Of a DNA stretch of 54,961 bases, positions 1-9,211 are shown in pieces. How positions within the stretch are numbered: the stretch's first letter is position 1; each line of letters begins with the position of its first letter. The translations under genes were made by a program, and so were the position numbers. Under the pieces are notes generated by a model. It did no database searches. It saw nothing but the letters and a program-made list of their open reading frames with translations, and had not been told where the DNA came from. Source of the stretch: Clostridia bacterium (lineage in GTDB: Bacteria > Bacillota > Clostridia > Christensenellales > Aristaeellaceae); NCBI GenBank assembly GCA_017433675.1, contig JAFRGU010000004.1, positions 1 through 54,961 of the forward strand. The letters are read 5' to 3'.

Positions 1-58
1 AAAAGCGGGCAATCTTTCGCTTTCGGGGGAGGAGAGAGGGACAGATCCGAAAAAAAGA

Positions 59-87
59 TTGGAATCCCCGGATGATTGTGATACAAT
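59..87 (+). promoter_or_regulatory. Putative sigma-A promoter for ppk2
   Basis: TTGGAA (59-64), 17 bp spacer, TG-n-TACAAT (82-87), about 100 nt before the ATG at 187. Confidence 0.5.
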
Positions 88-186
88 ACCGGGCAGAGAG
101 AAAGAACAGCACCATTTGCTCATGGAGAAGAGGCCGGCGACGGTCACGTATTGATTTTTACCAGGACGGAAAGAGAGGACAGGGGC

Positions 187-1677
187 ATGCTGAAAGAGTT
201 TGAAGGAATCACGCCGGAAGAGAAGGAAACTTTGAAGCGGGAAATCAAGGAAGCAAGGGAGAAGCTGATGGGGCAGCAGCAGATGCTGCGGGATGCGAAG
301 CTGCCGGTCATTGTCCTGATCGAAGGATGGGCCGCCGCAGGAAAGGGCAGCCTGATCAAGGAACTGATCAGCGAAATTGATCCCCGGTTTTACAGCGTGG
401 TCTCTCCGGCCATCCTGCCGGAAACGGAGGAAAGATATCCATTTCTGTACCCCTTCTTCAGCGCCATTCCGGAAAATGGGAAGATTACTTTCCTGGACTC
501 CGGATGGATGGAAAGCGCTGTACGCAAATATCTGCGGCATGAGATCACCAAAAAGGAATACCAGCGCCGGATCCGACAGGTCAACGAATTCGAGCGGCAG
601 CTGCGGGATGGCGGATATCTGGTGCTGAAGATCTTCCTGCACATCGAAAAGAAAGAGCAGTTCGAACGCCTGCGGAGCCTGGCGGAGGAGCCGGAAACCG
701 AATGGCGCGTGACGGAGGAGGATCTGTGGCAGCACCGGGAATATAAACGCTTCCGGGAGGAATATGAGGAATTCATGGAAGCGACGGGCGAACTCCTGCC
801 CTGGCATGTCCTGGACGGCAGCCACCGCAAGGCGGCGGTGCGGGATGCGATGGCGCTGCTGACGGGGGAGATCCAGAAAGGGCTGGACGAAGGCCGGTAT
901 GTGGGAGAACCCTTTGACGAAGAATTCCCGATGAAGGAAATGCCGACGCTGGCGGAAGTTGATCTGTCCCCCGCAATCGATGACGAGGAATACAAAAAGG
1001 AACTGAAGAAACTCCAGAAACGGCTGAGCGAACTGCATAATATCATCTATCGAAAGAAGATTCCGGTGATTCTCTGCTACGAGGGCTGGGATGCCGCGGG
1101 CAAGGGCGGCAATATCCGGCGGGTTGCCTATCCGCTGGACCCGCGCGGGTTCGACGTCCATCCCATCGCTTCTCCGCTGCCGCATGAGCTGAACCGTCAG
1201 TATCTGTGGCGGTTCTGGACCCGGCTTCCCAGGACCGGACACATCTGTATTTTCGACCGGACCTGGTACGGACGGGTGATGGTGGAGCGGCTGGAAGGGT
1301 TCTGCTCGGAGCAGGACTGGAAGCGGGCCTATAACGAGATCAATGAATTCGAGCGCCAGCTGACAGACTGGGGCGCGGTGGTGATCAAATTCTGGATTCA
1401 TATTGACCAGGAGACGCAGCTGGCCCGGTTTACCGAACGGCAGAATACGCCGGAAAAGCAGTGGAAAATCACAGATGAAGACTGGCGGAACCGGGAGAAA
1501 TGGCCTCAGTATGAGGTGGCTGTGGATGAAATGCTTCAGAAAACCAGCACGAAGAACGCACCCTGGTACATCATTGAATCCAACGATAAGAAATATGCCC
1601 GGATCCGCACGCTGAAAATCATTATCAAAGCCCTGGAAGAGGCGTGCGAGAAGCATTTTGAAGAAAAAATGGAGTGA
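187..1677 (+). CDS. ppk2: Polyphosphate kinase 2, two-domain (polyphosphate:AMP phosphotransferase-like)
   Basis: Two tandem PPK2 domains. The C-terminal one has canonical EGWDAAGKGG and FDRTWYGRV motifs; the N-terminal one is degenerate (EGWAAAGKGS, LDSGW). Start set at ATG 187 after a GAGG-rich RBS. Confidence 0.92.
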   Translation: MLKEFEGITPEEKETLKREIKEAREKLMGQQQMLRDAKLPVIVLIEGWAAAGKGSLIKELISEIDPRFYSVVSPAILPETEERYPFLYPFFSAIPENGKITFLDSGWMESAVRKYLRHEITKKEYQRRIRQVNEFERQLRDGGYLVLKIFLHIEKKEQFERLRSLAEEPETEWRVTEEDLWQHREYKRFREEYEEFMEATGELLPWHVLDGSHRKAAVRDAMALLTGEIQKGLDEGRYVGEPFDEEFPMKEMPTLAEVDLSPAIDDEEYKKELKKLQKRLSELHNIIYRKKIPVILCYEGWDAAGKGGNIRRVAYPLDPRGFDVHPIASPLPHELNRQYLWRFWTRLPRTGHICIFDRTWYGRVMVERLEGFCSEQDWKRAYNEINEFERQLTDWGAVVIKFWIHIDQETQLARFTERQNTPEKQWKITDEDWRNREKWPQYEVAVDEMLQKTSTKNAPWYIIESNDKKYARIRTLKIIIKALEEACEKHFEEKME

Positions 1678-1788
1678 GCTTTCCGGATGTGCGGATTTGA
1701 GGCGAAGTGCAGGAGCGGGAAAAGGACCCAAAGAGCACAGAATCCCAACAGCGGAACCGGAAGTATCAGGACAGACGAGGAAAACAGA

Positions 1789-2664
1789 ATGAAAAAACGG
1801 CTGCGTCTGGTTCTGATTGTGATGCTGGCGATGACTGCTTCGGCTTTCGGAACAACCCGGGCAGAAACCGGATACAGCCCGAAGGATGGGGAGGCTTTCG
1901 GAGCGCTGCTGGCCAGTCTTGTGCGTGCCTGTGAAACACCGACAGAGGAAAACCGGGCACAGATTGAACAAAACCTGGCAGCGATTCAGGAACCGGATGA
2001 CAAAATGCTTGCAGAGGCAATTGCCGGGCACTGGAAACAGGTGTATCTCGACCCGGAATACCAGCTGTATCTGTACCCGGACGGGGAAGTGACGGAGCTT
2101 CCCGATCTGCCAAAGGGGAGCACCCACGCGTTCGCCGTGCTGGGATACGCGCTGGAGAACGGGGAGATGAGGCCGGAGCTGAAAGGCCGGTGTGAGGCGG
2201 CGGCGATGGTGGCCCGGGCCTATCCGAAAGCCATTCTAGTCTGCTCCGGGGGAGCCACGGGGAGCAACAACCCGGAACAGCATACGGAAGCCGGCATGAT
2301 GAAAGCATACCTGGCAGAGAAATGCGGCATCGATCCTGACCGGATTTTTACGGATGACCGGGCGATGACCACGGCGGAGAACGCCATCAATACCCTGGCC
2401 ATTCTCCGGAAACAGGGAATTGAGACTGTGACGATTGTGACTTCCGCGTACCATCAGAAATGGGGGCAGGTGCTTTACAACGCAATGGCAGCAGTCTACG
2501 AAATCCGGTACGGGTATTCTGTCAGCATCCTTGGAAATTTCTGTTACAATATCGGAGCGGAAGATGAAGCTTATCAACATGACGACCGCATCGCGATTCG
2601 TCAGCTGAGCCAGATCCTGAATCTTCCGAAGGGGGCTGTACAGATGGATCCCAGAGGAAAGTGA
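1789..2664 (+). CDS. Exported YdcF/DUF218 (SanA/ElyC-like) family protein
   Basis: Signal peptide MKKRLRLVLIVMLAMTASA; DUF218 motifs SGG, TEAGMMKAYL, TTAENA, VTSAYH. Confidence 0.8.
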   Translation: MKKRLRLVLIVMLAMTASAFGTTRAETGYSPKDGEAFGALLASLVRACETPTEENRAQIEQNLAAIQEPDDKMLAEAIAGHWKQVYLDPEYQLYLYPDGEVTELPDLPKGSTHAFAVLGYALENGEMRPELKGRCEAAAMVARAYPKAILVCSGGATGSNNPEQHTEAGMMKAYLAEKCGIDPDRIFTDDRAMTTAENAINTLAILRKQGIETVTIVTSAYHQKWGQVLYNAMAAVYEIRYGYSVSILGNFCYNIGAEDEAYQHDDRIAIRQLSQILNLPKGAVQMDPRGK

Positions 2665-2705
2665 CACAGGGCGGACAGGTAAAAAACAGCAGAGTAAGGT
2701 CATAA

Positions 2706-2735
2706 GAGCGGCCTTCGAGGGGCCCTCGAGGGGCC
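2706..2735. repeat. Three GAG(G/C)GGCC direct repeats at 11-bp period
   Basis: GAGCGGCC 2706-2713, GAGGGGCC 2717-2724, GAGGGGCC 2728-2735. Confidence 0.7.
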
Positions 2736-3135
2736 ACTTGACAAGCTTAATGCAACTTTGCCTGATTTAGGGGGAAGCGGCGACATTTTTTCATTTCCTG
2801 TAAAGCACATGAATCATTGTCATTGAGCTAAACCCTAATATGGATCATCATGCAAAATACAACTCTCGGAAATAGTCAGCCTGAAAAACCGGTGGGGCAT
2901 CACTTCCCCGCTTTTTTTATACTCAAAATCCACATGCCTGATTCCAGTTATCACGATGAATGAAAGTCATTTGCATGTATAGTCAGGTTGTTTTCCAGGG
3001 AACTTCCATATTAAGCGTTTATAAAACAAACACTCCGGTGCATCTTTCAGCCGGACAACGGTTCCTGTCCAGCTGATCACGCTGTTTCCGGTAGGCATAC
3101 CCCCGTAAACTTTACCGAAAGCATTACATCTGTTC

Positions 3136-3167
3136 TTTAGGTTCACATTAGGTTTCCATACTATGAT
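3136..3167 (+). promoter_or_regulatory. OmpR/CiaR-type direct-repeat box upstream of a -10-like hexamer
   Basis: TTAGGTT at 3137-3143 and 3148-3154 (11-bp period), then TATGAT at 3162-3167; no good -35; lies before an operon that ends in OmpR-family regulators. Confidence 0.5.
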
Positions 3168-3220
3168 TGCCTGCAGAACGAGTAAATCGTTCAGCCAAAG
3201 ACAGGAAGGCGGTTGAATTA

Positions 3221-4255
3221 ATGAAGGACAGGGCAAAATCCAAAAGGCGGATTCTCCGGCGGGTGATCACTGCAATTATTTTCGCGTTACTGCTGACGGG
3301 AGCCGGTTTTTTCGGTTACAACTCCATGAAGGCTGAGTATACGGTTACCTATGATACCTACACCGCCACCCGGGGAAGTATTTCCAATGCGCTGTCATTC
3401 AGCGGTAATCTGAGCCTCATCGACAGCGCCACCTATTCGGCATCCTCTTCCAGCATAGTCAGGACGCTTTACGTCACTGCCGGGGAAACGGTGCGGGAGA
3501 GCCAGAAGCTTGTGCGTCTGACCAACGGGGAGACGATTACAGCCGGTTTTGATGGCCGTGTCAACAGGCTGAAGGTTGCCGAAGGTGATGAGGTCACCGC
3601 GGGAACAGAACTTGTACAGATTGCGGATTTCAGTCATATGACCGTCTCTTTCCGCGTGGATGAATATGATATCAGCAATGTCAGCGTGGGGCAGGCGTGT
3701 ACTGTGACTGTGACGGCACTGGAAAAGCAATTTGATACTACTGTCGCCACCATTGACTGTATTTCCGCTTCCAGCGGCAATGTTGCCTATTACACTGCCA
3801 CGGCCAACGTGGATGTGGACGATGAGCGCGTGCTGCCCGGAATGCAGGCGACTGTGAGCATCACGCAGGAAGAAGCGCAGGATGCGGTTATACTGAAGGT
3901 GGACGCCGTCAGCTTTGATGAAACCAATAAGGCTTATGTATGGATGAAGGACGAGGCCGGCGAGCTGCAGCAGGTATATGTTGCCACCGGCGTATCCAAT
4001 GGTAATTACATTGAGATCACAGAAGGCCTGTCGGATCACGACACAGTCTATGCGCAGACAAAGGTAAAGGACAGCGGATCAACCAACCTGCTCAGCAGCC
4101 TGTTCGGAGGTCAGCAGTTCAATCAGCCCCAGGGTGCTCCGGGAGGCAACAGACAGGGAGGCAATGGTGGAGGCTACCGGAACGGAACATCATTCTCCGG
4201 CGGTTCGGGAGGCGGCGGCTTCGGGGGAAGCAGCGCACCCGGCGGTTCCCGTTGA
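3221..4255 (+). CDS. MacA/HlyD-like membrane fusion (periplasmic adaptor) protein with Gly-rich tail
   Basis: Basic N-terminus plus one TM helix, lipoyl half-motifs (VTAGETV...AGFDGRV...VAEGDEV), beta-barrel VDEYDISNVSVGQ and LPGMQA, membrane-proximal VATGVSNGNYIEITEGL, Gly-rich C-terminus. Confidence 0.85.
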   Translation: MKDRAKSKRRILRRVITAIIFALLLTGAGFFGYNSMKAEYTVTYDTYTATRGSISNALSFSGNLSLIDSATYSASSSSIVRTLYVTAGETVRESQKLVRLTNGETITAGFDGRVNRLKVAEGDEVTAGTELVQIADFSHMTVSFRVDEYDISNVSVGQACTVTVTALEKQFDTTVATIDCISASSGNVAYYTATANVDVDDERVLPGMQATVSITQEEAQDAVILKVDAVSFDETNKAYVWMKDEAGELQQVYVATGVSNGNYIEITEGLSDHDTVYAQTKVKDSGSTNLLSSLFGGQQFNQPQGAPGGNRQGGNGGGYRNGTSFSGGSGGGGFGGSSAPGGSR

Positions 4256-4268
4256 GGAGGAGAGGGAC

Positions 4269-4979
4269 ATGGAAGGCATGATTGAAAACGGTGCGTTCTT
4301 CCGAATGAAGAAGATCAACAAGTATTACCAGATGGGGGAGGAGCAGGCGCACATTCTCAAGGATATTGACCTGGAAATTGAAGAAGGAGAATATCTCTCC
4401 GTACTGGGTCCCTCCGGCAGCGGAAAGAGTACCCTGATGAATATCATCGGCTGCTTGGATGTCCCCACATCAGGACAATATACACTGCACGGCCAATCCG
4501 TTGATGATATGACGGAAGTTGAACTGGCTCGGCTGAGAGGCGTGGAGATTGGCTTCATTTTCCAGAATTCACAGCTTCTGCCCCGGCTGACGGCTCAGAA
4601 GAACGTAGAGCAGCCAATGATCTACGCCGGCATCGGTCCGAAGGAACGCCGCAGGCGGGCGAGTGAGCTGCTGGAACGCGTGGGTCTCTCCGACCGGATG
4701 GAACACATGCCCAGCCAGCTTTCCGGCGGCCAGCAGCAGCGTGTCGCCATTGCGCGGGCGCTGGCAGGCAACCCGACGTTGCTGCTGGCCGACGAACCTA
4801 CCGGTGCACTGGACCAGAAGACCGGCAGACAGGTGATGACCCTGTTCCGTGAACTGAATGATGAGGGACGCACCATCATCATGATTACCCACGACATGAA
4901 TATTGCGGCGAATGCCCGCCGGGTGGTACGCATTATCGATGGGGAACTGCTGGAAGGGGGTTCGGTCAGCGATGCTTAA
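4269..4979 (+). CDS. MacB/LolD-type ABC transporter ATP-binding protein
   Basis: Walker [39 protein letters not shown]; GAGGAGG RBS before ATG 4269. Confidence 0.95.
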   Translation: MEGMIENGAFFRMKKINKYYQMGEEQAHILKDIDLEIEEGEYLSVLGPSGSGKSTLMNIIGCLDVPTSGQYTLHGQSVDDMTEVELARLRGVEIGFIFQNSQLLPRLTAQKNVEQPMIYAGIGPKERRRRASELLERVGLSDRMEHMPSQLSGGQQQRVAIARALAGNPTLLLADEPTGALDQKTGRQVMTLFRELNDEGRTIIMITHDMNIAANARRVVRIIDGELLEGGSVSDA

Positions 4980-6183
4980 GTCCATTCGAAGCGCTTCCAT
5001 CATGCTGGGTGAGTGCGTGAAGATGTCTCTGTCCAATATTCGCGGTAATCGCGCGCGCTCATTTCTTACAGTACTGGGCATTCTGATCGGTGTGGCGGCG
5101 GTCATCGCGCTGATTACTACGGTCAACGGCTTTTCCGGCTCACTTTCCAGTTCCTTTTCCAGCATGGGCGCAGGTACGCTGACTATGACCGTTTCCGGCA
5201 GCGATTTGAAAAGCGGACTGACGACCGGGGATCTGAATGAGCTGACAAAACTGGAAGCGATCGATGGCGTGACGCCCAGTGTGTCACTGTCATCCCGCGT
5301 CTCCCGGGGCGGCAACTACGAAACCAGGATTTCCGTCTCAGGCAAAAACGCCTACTATTTTCAGCAGAATGAGAGCCTCATGAAGCGGGGACGGACGATC
5401 AACATCAGTGACGAGGACAGCATGACATTTGTCTGCATTATCAGCCCGGATATGGTCAAGGATTTTTTCTACGGCGTTGATCCCATTGGTGAGAGCCTCT
5501 ACATTGACGGCATTCCCTTCCGGGTGATCGGCCTGATGAACGAGGACGGCGATTCCAGCATCAGCGGCATGATGAGCGGAAGCCCAGATATCCTCATTCC
5601 CTATACGACGGCCATGAAGATGAACAATGTCAATGTTGTCACGTCTGTCACCGCATATCTCGCGGATGGATGGACTTCCGAGACAGCCACCGAGCCGCTC
5701 GAAGCCAGACTGGACGAGATGTTCAGCTATGAGGAAGACTGTTACGAGATTATGGACATGTCCTCCATCGAAGAGACCATGACGAGCATGCTGAATATGG
5801 TTTCTGCGCTGCTGGCGGGCATCGCTTCAATAGCGCTGGTGGTGGGCGGGATCGGCATCATGAACATGATGCTTACAACAGTGACAGAGCGAACGACAGA
5901 GATCGGCCTGAAGAAAGCGCTGGGTGCAATCCCCTGGCAGATCCAGACACAGTTTCTGATCGAATCATTCCTGCTTTCCATCATCGGCGGCGCGGCAGGG
6001 ATTGCACTGGGGCTGCTGCTGTCGCTGATTCTTTCACAGGCGATGGGAACGGGATTTGAAATTTCCACTTTTGCCATATTGCTTGGAGCGGGCTTCTCGG
6101 CAGCGGTAGGCATTCTGTTTGGCTGGGCGCCGGCGCGAAAGGCCAGCAAACTGAACCCAATTGACGCGCTTCGTTCCGTATAA
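4972..6183 (+). CDS. MacB/FtsX-type ABC transporter permease
   Basis: [17 protein letters not shown], large extracytoplasmic domain, [44 protein letters not shown]; overlaps the ATPase stop. Confidence 0.93.
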   Translation: MLKSIRSASIMLGECVKMSLSNIRGNRARSFLTVLGILIGVAAVIALITTVNGFSGSLSSSFSSMGAGTLTMTVSGSDLKSGLTTGDLNELTKLEAIDGVTPSVSLSSRVSRGGNYETRISVSGKNAYYFQQNESLMKRGRTINISDEDSMTFVCIISPDMVKDFFYGVDPIGESLYIDGIPFRVIGLMNEDGDSSISGMMSGSPDILIPYTTAMKMNNVNVVTSVTAYLADGWTSETATEPLEARLDEMFSYEEDCYEIMDMSSIEETMTSMLNMVSALLAGIASIALVVGGIGIMNMMLTTVTERTTEIGLKKALGAIPWQIQTQFLIESFLLSIIGGAAGIALGLLLSLILSQAMGTGFEISTFAILLGAGFSAAVGILFGWAPARKASKLNPIDALRSV

Positions 6184-6221
6184 CCGACCCGCACAATCCA
6201 TTGAAAAAAGGAGGTTTTCCC

Positions 6222-7436
6222 ATGTCGATCCATTTCAAACGGTTTTCTGTAATTATGATAAGCGCTGCACTGCAGCTTTTCTCCTGTGCGCTGGCGGACA
6301 GCATCACATTCAGCGGCACGGTTACGGCCAGTGAAACCCATGAAGTATACGCTCCGATTGGCGGCACGGTTGCTGCCGTCAGCGGCGAATCGGGTCAGAG
6401 AATCGGAGCAGAGGATGTTCTTCTGCGACTGTCCACGACAAAGGTCTATGCCGAGGAAGCGGGAACCATCACCGGCGTGTTTGGTCAGCCCGGCGACAAT
6501 ACCGGGACCGTGGCGGAGAAGTATGGCGCGGTGATGTATCTTGAGGGAGAGAGCGTATATACGATCTCTGCATCCACCGATAACGCCTACAACTCCACGT
6601 CGACCCGATTCATCCACGCGGGCGAAGAGGTTTATCTCCAGTGCTACTCAGACGGCAGTCATACAGGGCAAGGGGTTGTCACATCCATCGACGGAACCGA
6701 CTATACGGTCCGGGTGACTTCCGGTGAGTTTCTGATCGGGGAGACCGTGAGTATTTACCGAGGACAGAGCGCTGCTGCTTCCAGAAGAATTGGCCGCGGG
6801 ACACTCCACCGCTCCAATCCGACAGCCATAACCGGCAGCGGCAGTATTGTATCCTTTGCTGTTTCGGCGGGAGACACCGTCGCGCGCGGCGAGCTGCTGT
6901 TCGAAACGCTGGACGGCAGCTTTGACGGGCTGTATATGTCCGGTGCGGATATCCCTGCGGGGATCGACGGAATCATCAGCCAGGTCAACGCCCAGCAGGG
7001 AAGCAGCATCGAGAAAAACAGCGTCGTCGCAGTACTCTATCCCGACAGCGCCATGCGCATCGAAGCCCAGATCGCGGAAACCAATCTCGCGTCCATTGCT
7101 GTCGGAGATCCGGTAAACATTGAACTGCTGTGGAACCAGGACGCGGAAGTCACCTATCCGGGTACCATTTCCATGATTTCCGCCATGGCGGACGGCAATT
7201 CCATGGGATCCGTGAACGAAGACAGCGTTACTTACACCGTATATATTGACTTTACCCCGGACGAGCAAACACGCTATGGCATGAGTGCCGTGGTGACTAC
7301 GCTGGACGAAGAGGAAGCGGCAAAGAAAGAAACAGCAGAGACAGCAGAAGAGGATATCAACGAAGGAACACACGCGCGTGACGCTGAACGTTCCCATCCG
7401 TCAGAGCATGCTGATTCCGACGACAGGGCGGAATGA
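6222..7436 (+). CDS. Exported HlyD-like adaptor protein with repeated lipoyl-like motifs
   Basis: AAGGAGG RBS; signal peptide ending CALA-DS; motifs APIGGTV, VSAGDTVARGELLF, AGIDGII; beta-barrel IAETNLASIAVGD...YGMSAVV; acidic tail. Confidence 0.72.
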   Translation: MSIHFKRFSVIMISAALQLFSCALADSITFSGTVTASETHEVYAPIGGTVAAVSGESGQRIGAEDVLLRLSTTKVYAEEAGTITGVFGQPGDNTGTVAEKYGAVMYLEGESVYTISASTDNAYNSTSTRFIHAGEEVYLQCYSDGSHTGQGVVTSIDGTDYTVRVTSGEFLIGETVSIYRGQSAAASRRIGRGTLHRSNPTAITGSGSIVSFAVSAGDTVARGELLFETLDGSFDGLYMSGADIPAGIDGIISQVNAQQGSSIEKNSVVAVLYPDSAMRIEAQIAETNLASIAVGDPVNIELLWNQDAEVTYPGTISMISAMADGNSMGSVNEDSVTYTVYIDFTPDEQTRYGMSAVVTTLDEEEAAKKETAETAEEDINEGTHARDAERSHPSEHADSDDRAE

Positions 7437-7485
7437 TTATCCGGAAAGAAAGCACATTTTTGCATGGAACAGGGAGGTGTGACGA

Positions 7486-9210
7486 ATGACGCGGAGGATT
7501 CAGTCCTTACTGGTCTTATTTCTTACAGCAGCTTTCATGATGACGCTGGCCGGAATTATTCCGGCCGGCGGTGAGAGCCCGGATGGAGAAGCCGTAACCG
7601 GTACCCAGGAGACAGAAATATCAGAACCTGTGACTGAACCGGAACCTGAGCCGGTTTCCGAATCCAGGATCGAACCGAAGTCCGACTCCGAGCCGGTCTC
7701 CGAGCCCAGAGCTGACTCAGCGACCGGGACCGACGGGAACTCCGGAACCAGTTCCAATCCAGGCTCCGATTCAGGAACGGGTGATGAACCCAAAGACACT
7801 TCGGTGGCCGATTCCGACGGGAACACCGGGACCAATTCCGATTCGAGCTCCGATTCAGGAACGGGTGATGAACCCCAAAACACTTCGGCGGCCGATTCCG
7901 ACGGGAAGACCGGGACCAATTCCGATTCGGGCTCCGATTCCGGAACAGATGATGAATCCAAAGATGATCCGGTGACCGAGCCTGATCCGGAAACCGGGAG
8001 CAACTCCGAGACGGGATCTGATTCCGACCCGGTTTCCGAATCCGGGGCTGATCAGGAACCCAACCCGGATTCGGGACAGGAGCCGAATCCGGAAACGGAT
8101 CCGGATCAGGATCCGCAACAGAAACCTGATCCCAACGCGGATCCAGATCCGGAACAGGTGACGATTCAGATCGCAGCTGCCGTGTCGGAAGGCGCTGCAC
8201 TGCAGAACGGCGTATATGTGATTCCGCAAGGACAAAACGCAGACATTACTTTTTCCTGGTCTTTTTCGGACGCATGCGATATGTTCCATATTCAGATCAC
8301 CGGCGCGCAAAACACTGCAGTGCACGATGGGACACAGACGGGTGATTCCTATACACTGCCCCTCAGCAGCCTTTCCGAAGGCAGCTATATCTTCAAAGTG
8401 TACGCCATTACTGAAGGGAACACCGTCGGAGCAGGACAGTATCCGTTTTCCATCGCCTTTTCAGCAGACAACGAAGGAAATACAGACAGCGGCGACGGCA
8501 AAGACGAGGGCGGGGATGGCAAAGACGAGGGTGCCGAAGGCAAAGAAGATGACGTGGAAGGCGGAGAAGGCAATGCCGAAGGCACAGAAGAAGGAACTGA
8601 AGATGAAGCGGTTCCCGGAGAAGGAGAACCTGAAATGGAAGGCCCGGGCGAGGGAGGCCCAGGCGGAGGTGGCCCGGGCAGGAGCCCAGGCGGCAGGCCG
8701 TCCGGAAACGGCGAGGCTCAGGGAGTCCAGGCCCCTCGTGTTACCGCGGGAAAAGCGCTGACCAGCACCCATGCTTCGGGCAGCAAAACGATGGAGACTT
8801 TCGGTACGGTGAATCTGTCATTTTCGGATGAGAGCCTGACAACGCTGTGGATACATGACCGTGCAGGGATTCAGCTGGATGAAGGAGATTATACTTTCAC
8901 AGCAACGGTCGAAGATGAGAGTCTTATCCTAACACCGGAAGTGGCGGGAGAAATATGGACTGTGAACGGGTATACGCTCAAGGCGCTTTCGCGCAGCGGC
9001 ATTACCGGAATCATCATGATGACAGAGGCAGGGGAGACCGAGATTTCGACCGAGCAGGACTATCAGGGGACGGTATACGCCACACTGTGCGCCAGCGGTG
9101 TCGTATCAGCAGACTATGAGTATCAGATTTCCGGCGACGGTGTCCAGGTGCTTGTCGCGGGCAGCGCGTATTCCATTGATGATTCCCATATGCTTGTACC
9201 TGTGAAATGA
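7486..9210 (+). CDS. Exported acidic low-complexity repeat protein with beta-rich middle and C-terminal domains, function unknown
   Basis: GGAGGTG RBS; signal peptide; D/S/E/P/G-rich repeats; a ~100-aa beta-sandwich-like segment; G/E-rich linker; ~150-aa C-terminal domain. Confidence 0.8.
   Translation: MTRRIQSLLVLFLTAAFMMTLAGIIPAGGESPDGEAVTGTQETEISEPVTEPEPEPVSESRIEPKSDSEPVSEPRADSATGTDGNSGTSSNPGSDSGTGDEPKDTSVADSDGNTGTNSDSSSDSGTGDEPQNTSAADSDGKTGTNSDSGSDSGTDDESKDDPVTEPDPETGSNSETGSDSDPVSESGADQEPNPDSGQEPNPETDPDQDPQQKPDPNADPDPEQVTIQIAAAVSEGAALQNGVYVIPQGQNADITFSWSFSDACDMFHIQITGAQNTAVHDGTQTGDSYTLPLSSLSEGSYIFKVYAITEGNTVGAGQYPFSIAFSADNEGNTDSGDGKDEGGDGKDEGAEGKEDDVEGGEGNAEGTEEGTEDEAVPGEGEPEMEGPGEGGPGGGGPGRSPGGRPSGNGEAQGVQAPRVTAGKALTSTHASGSKTMETFGTVNLSFSDESLTTLWIHDRAGIQLDEGDYTFTATVEDESLILTPEVAGEIWTVNGYTLKALSRSGITGIIMMTEAGETEISTEQDYQGTVYATLCASGVVSADYEYQISGDGVQVLVAGSAYSIDDSHMLVPVK
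7732..7965 (+). repeat. 84-bp (28-aa) coding tandem repeat, about 2.8 copies
   Basis: GACGGGAA starts at 7732, 7816 and 7900; units DGNSGTSSNPGSDSGTGDEPKDTSVADS / DGNTGTNSDSSSDSGTGDEPQNTSAADS / DGKTGTNSDSGSDSGTDDESKD. Confidence 0.9.
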
Positions 9211-9211
9211 G

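Noticed and set aside
187-900. Degenerate N-terminal PPK2 domain as a novelty
   Set aside because: An inactive N-terminal domain is already known in two-domain class II PPK2 enzymes.
2967-3236. 89-aa minus-strand ORF
   Set aside because: It overlaps the exporter promoter and start codon and has no convincing RBS or motif.
7732-7965. Possible CRISPR array
   Set aside because: In-frame 84-bp coding tandem repeats with no unique spacers and no cas genes.
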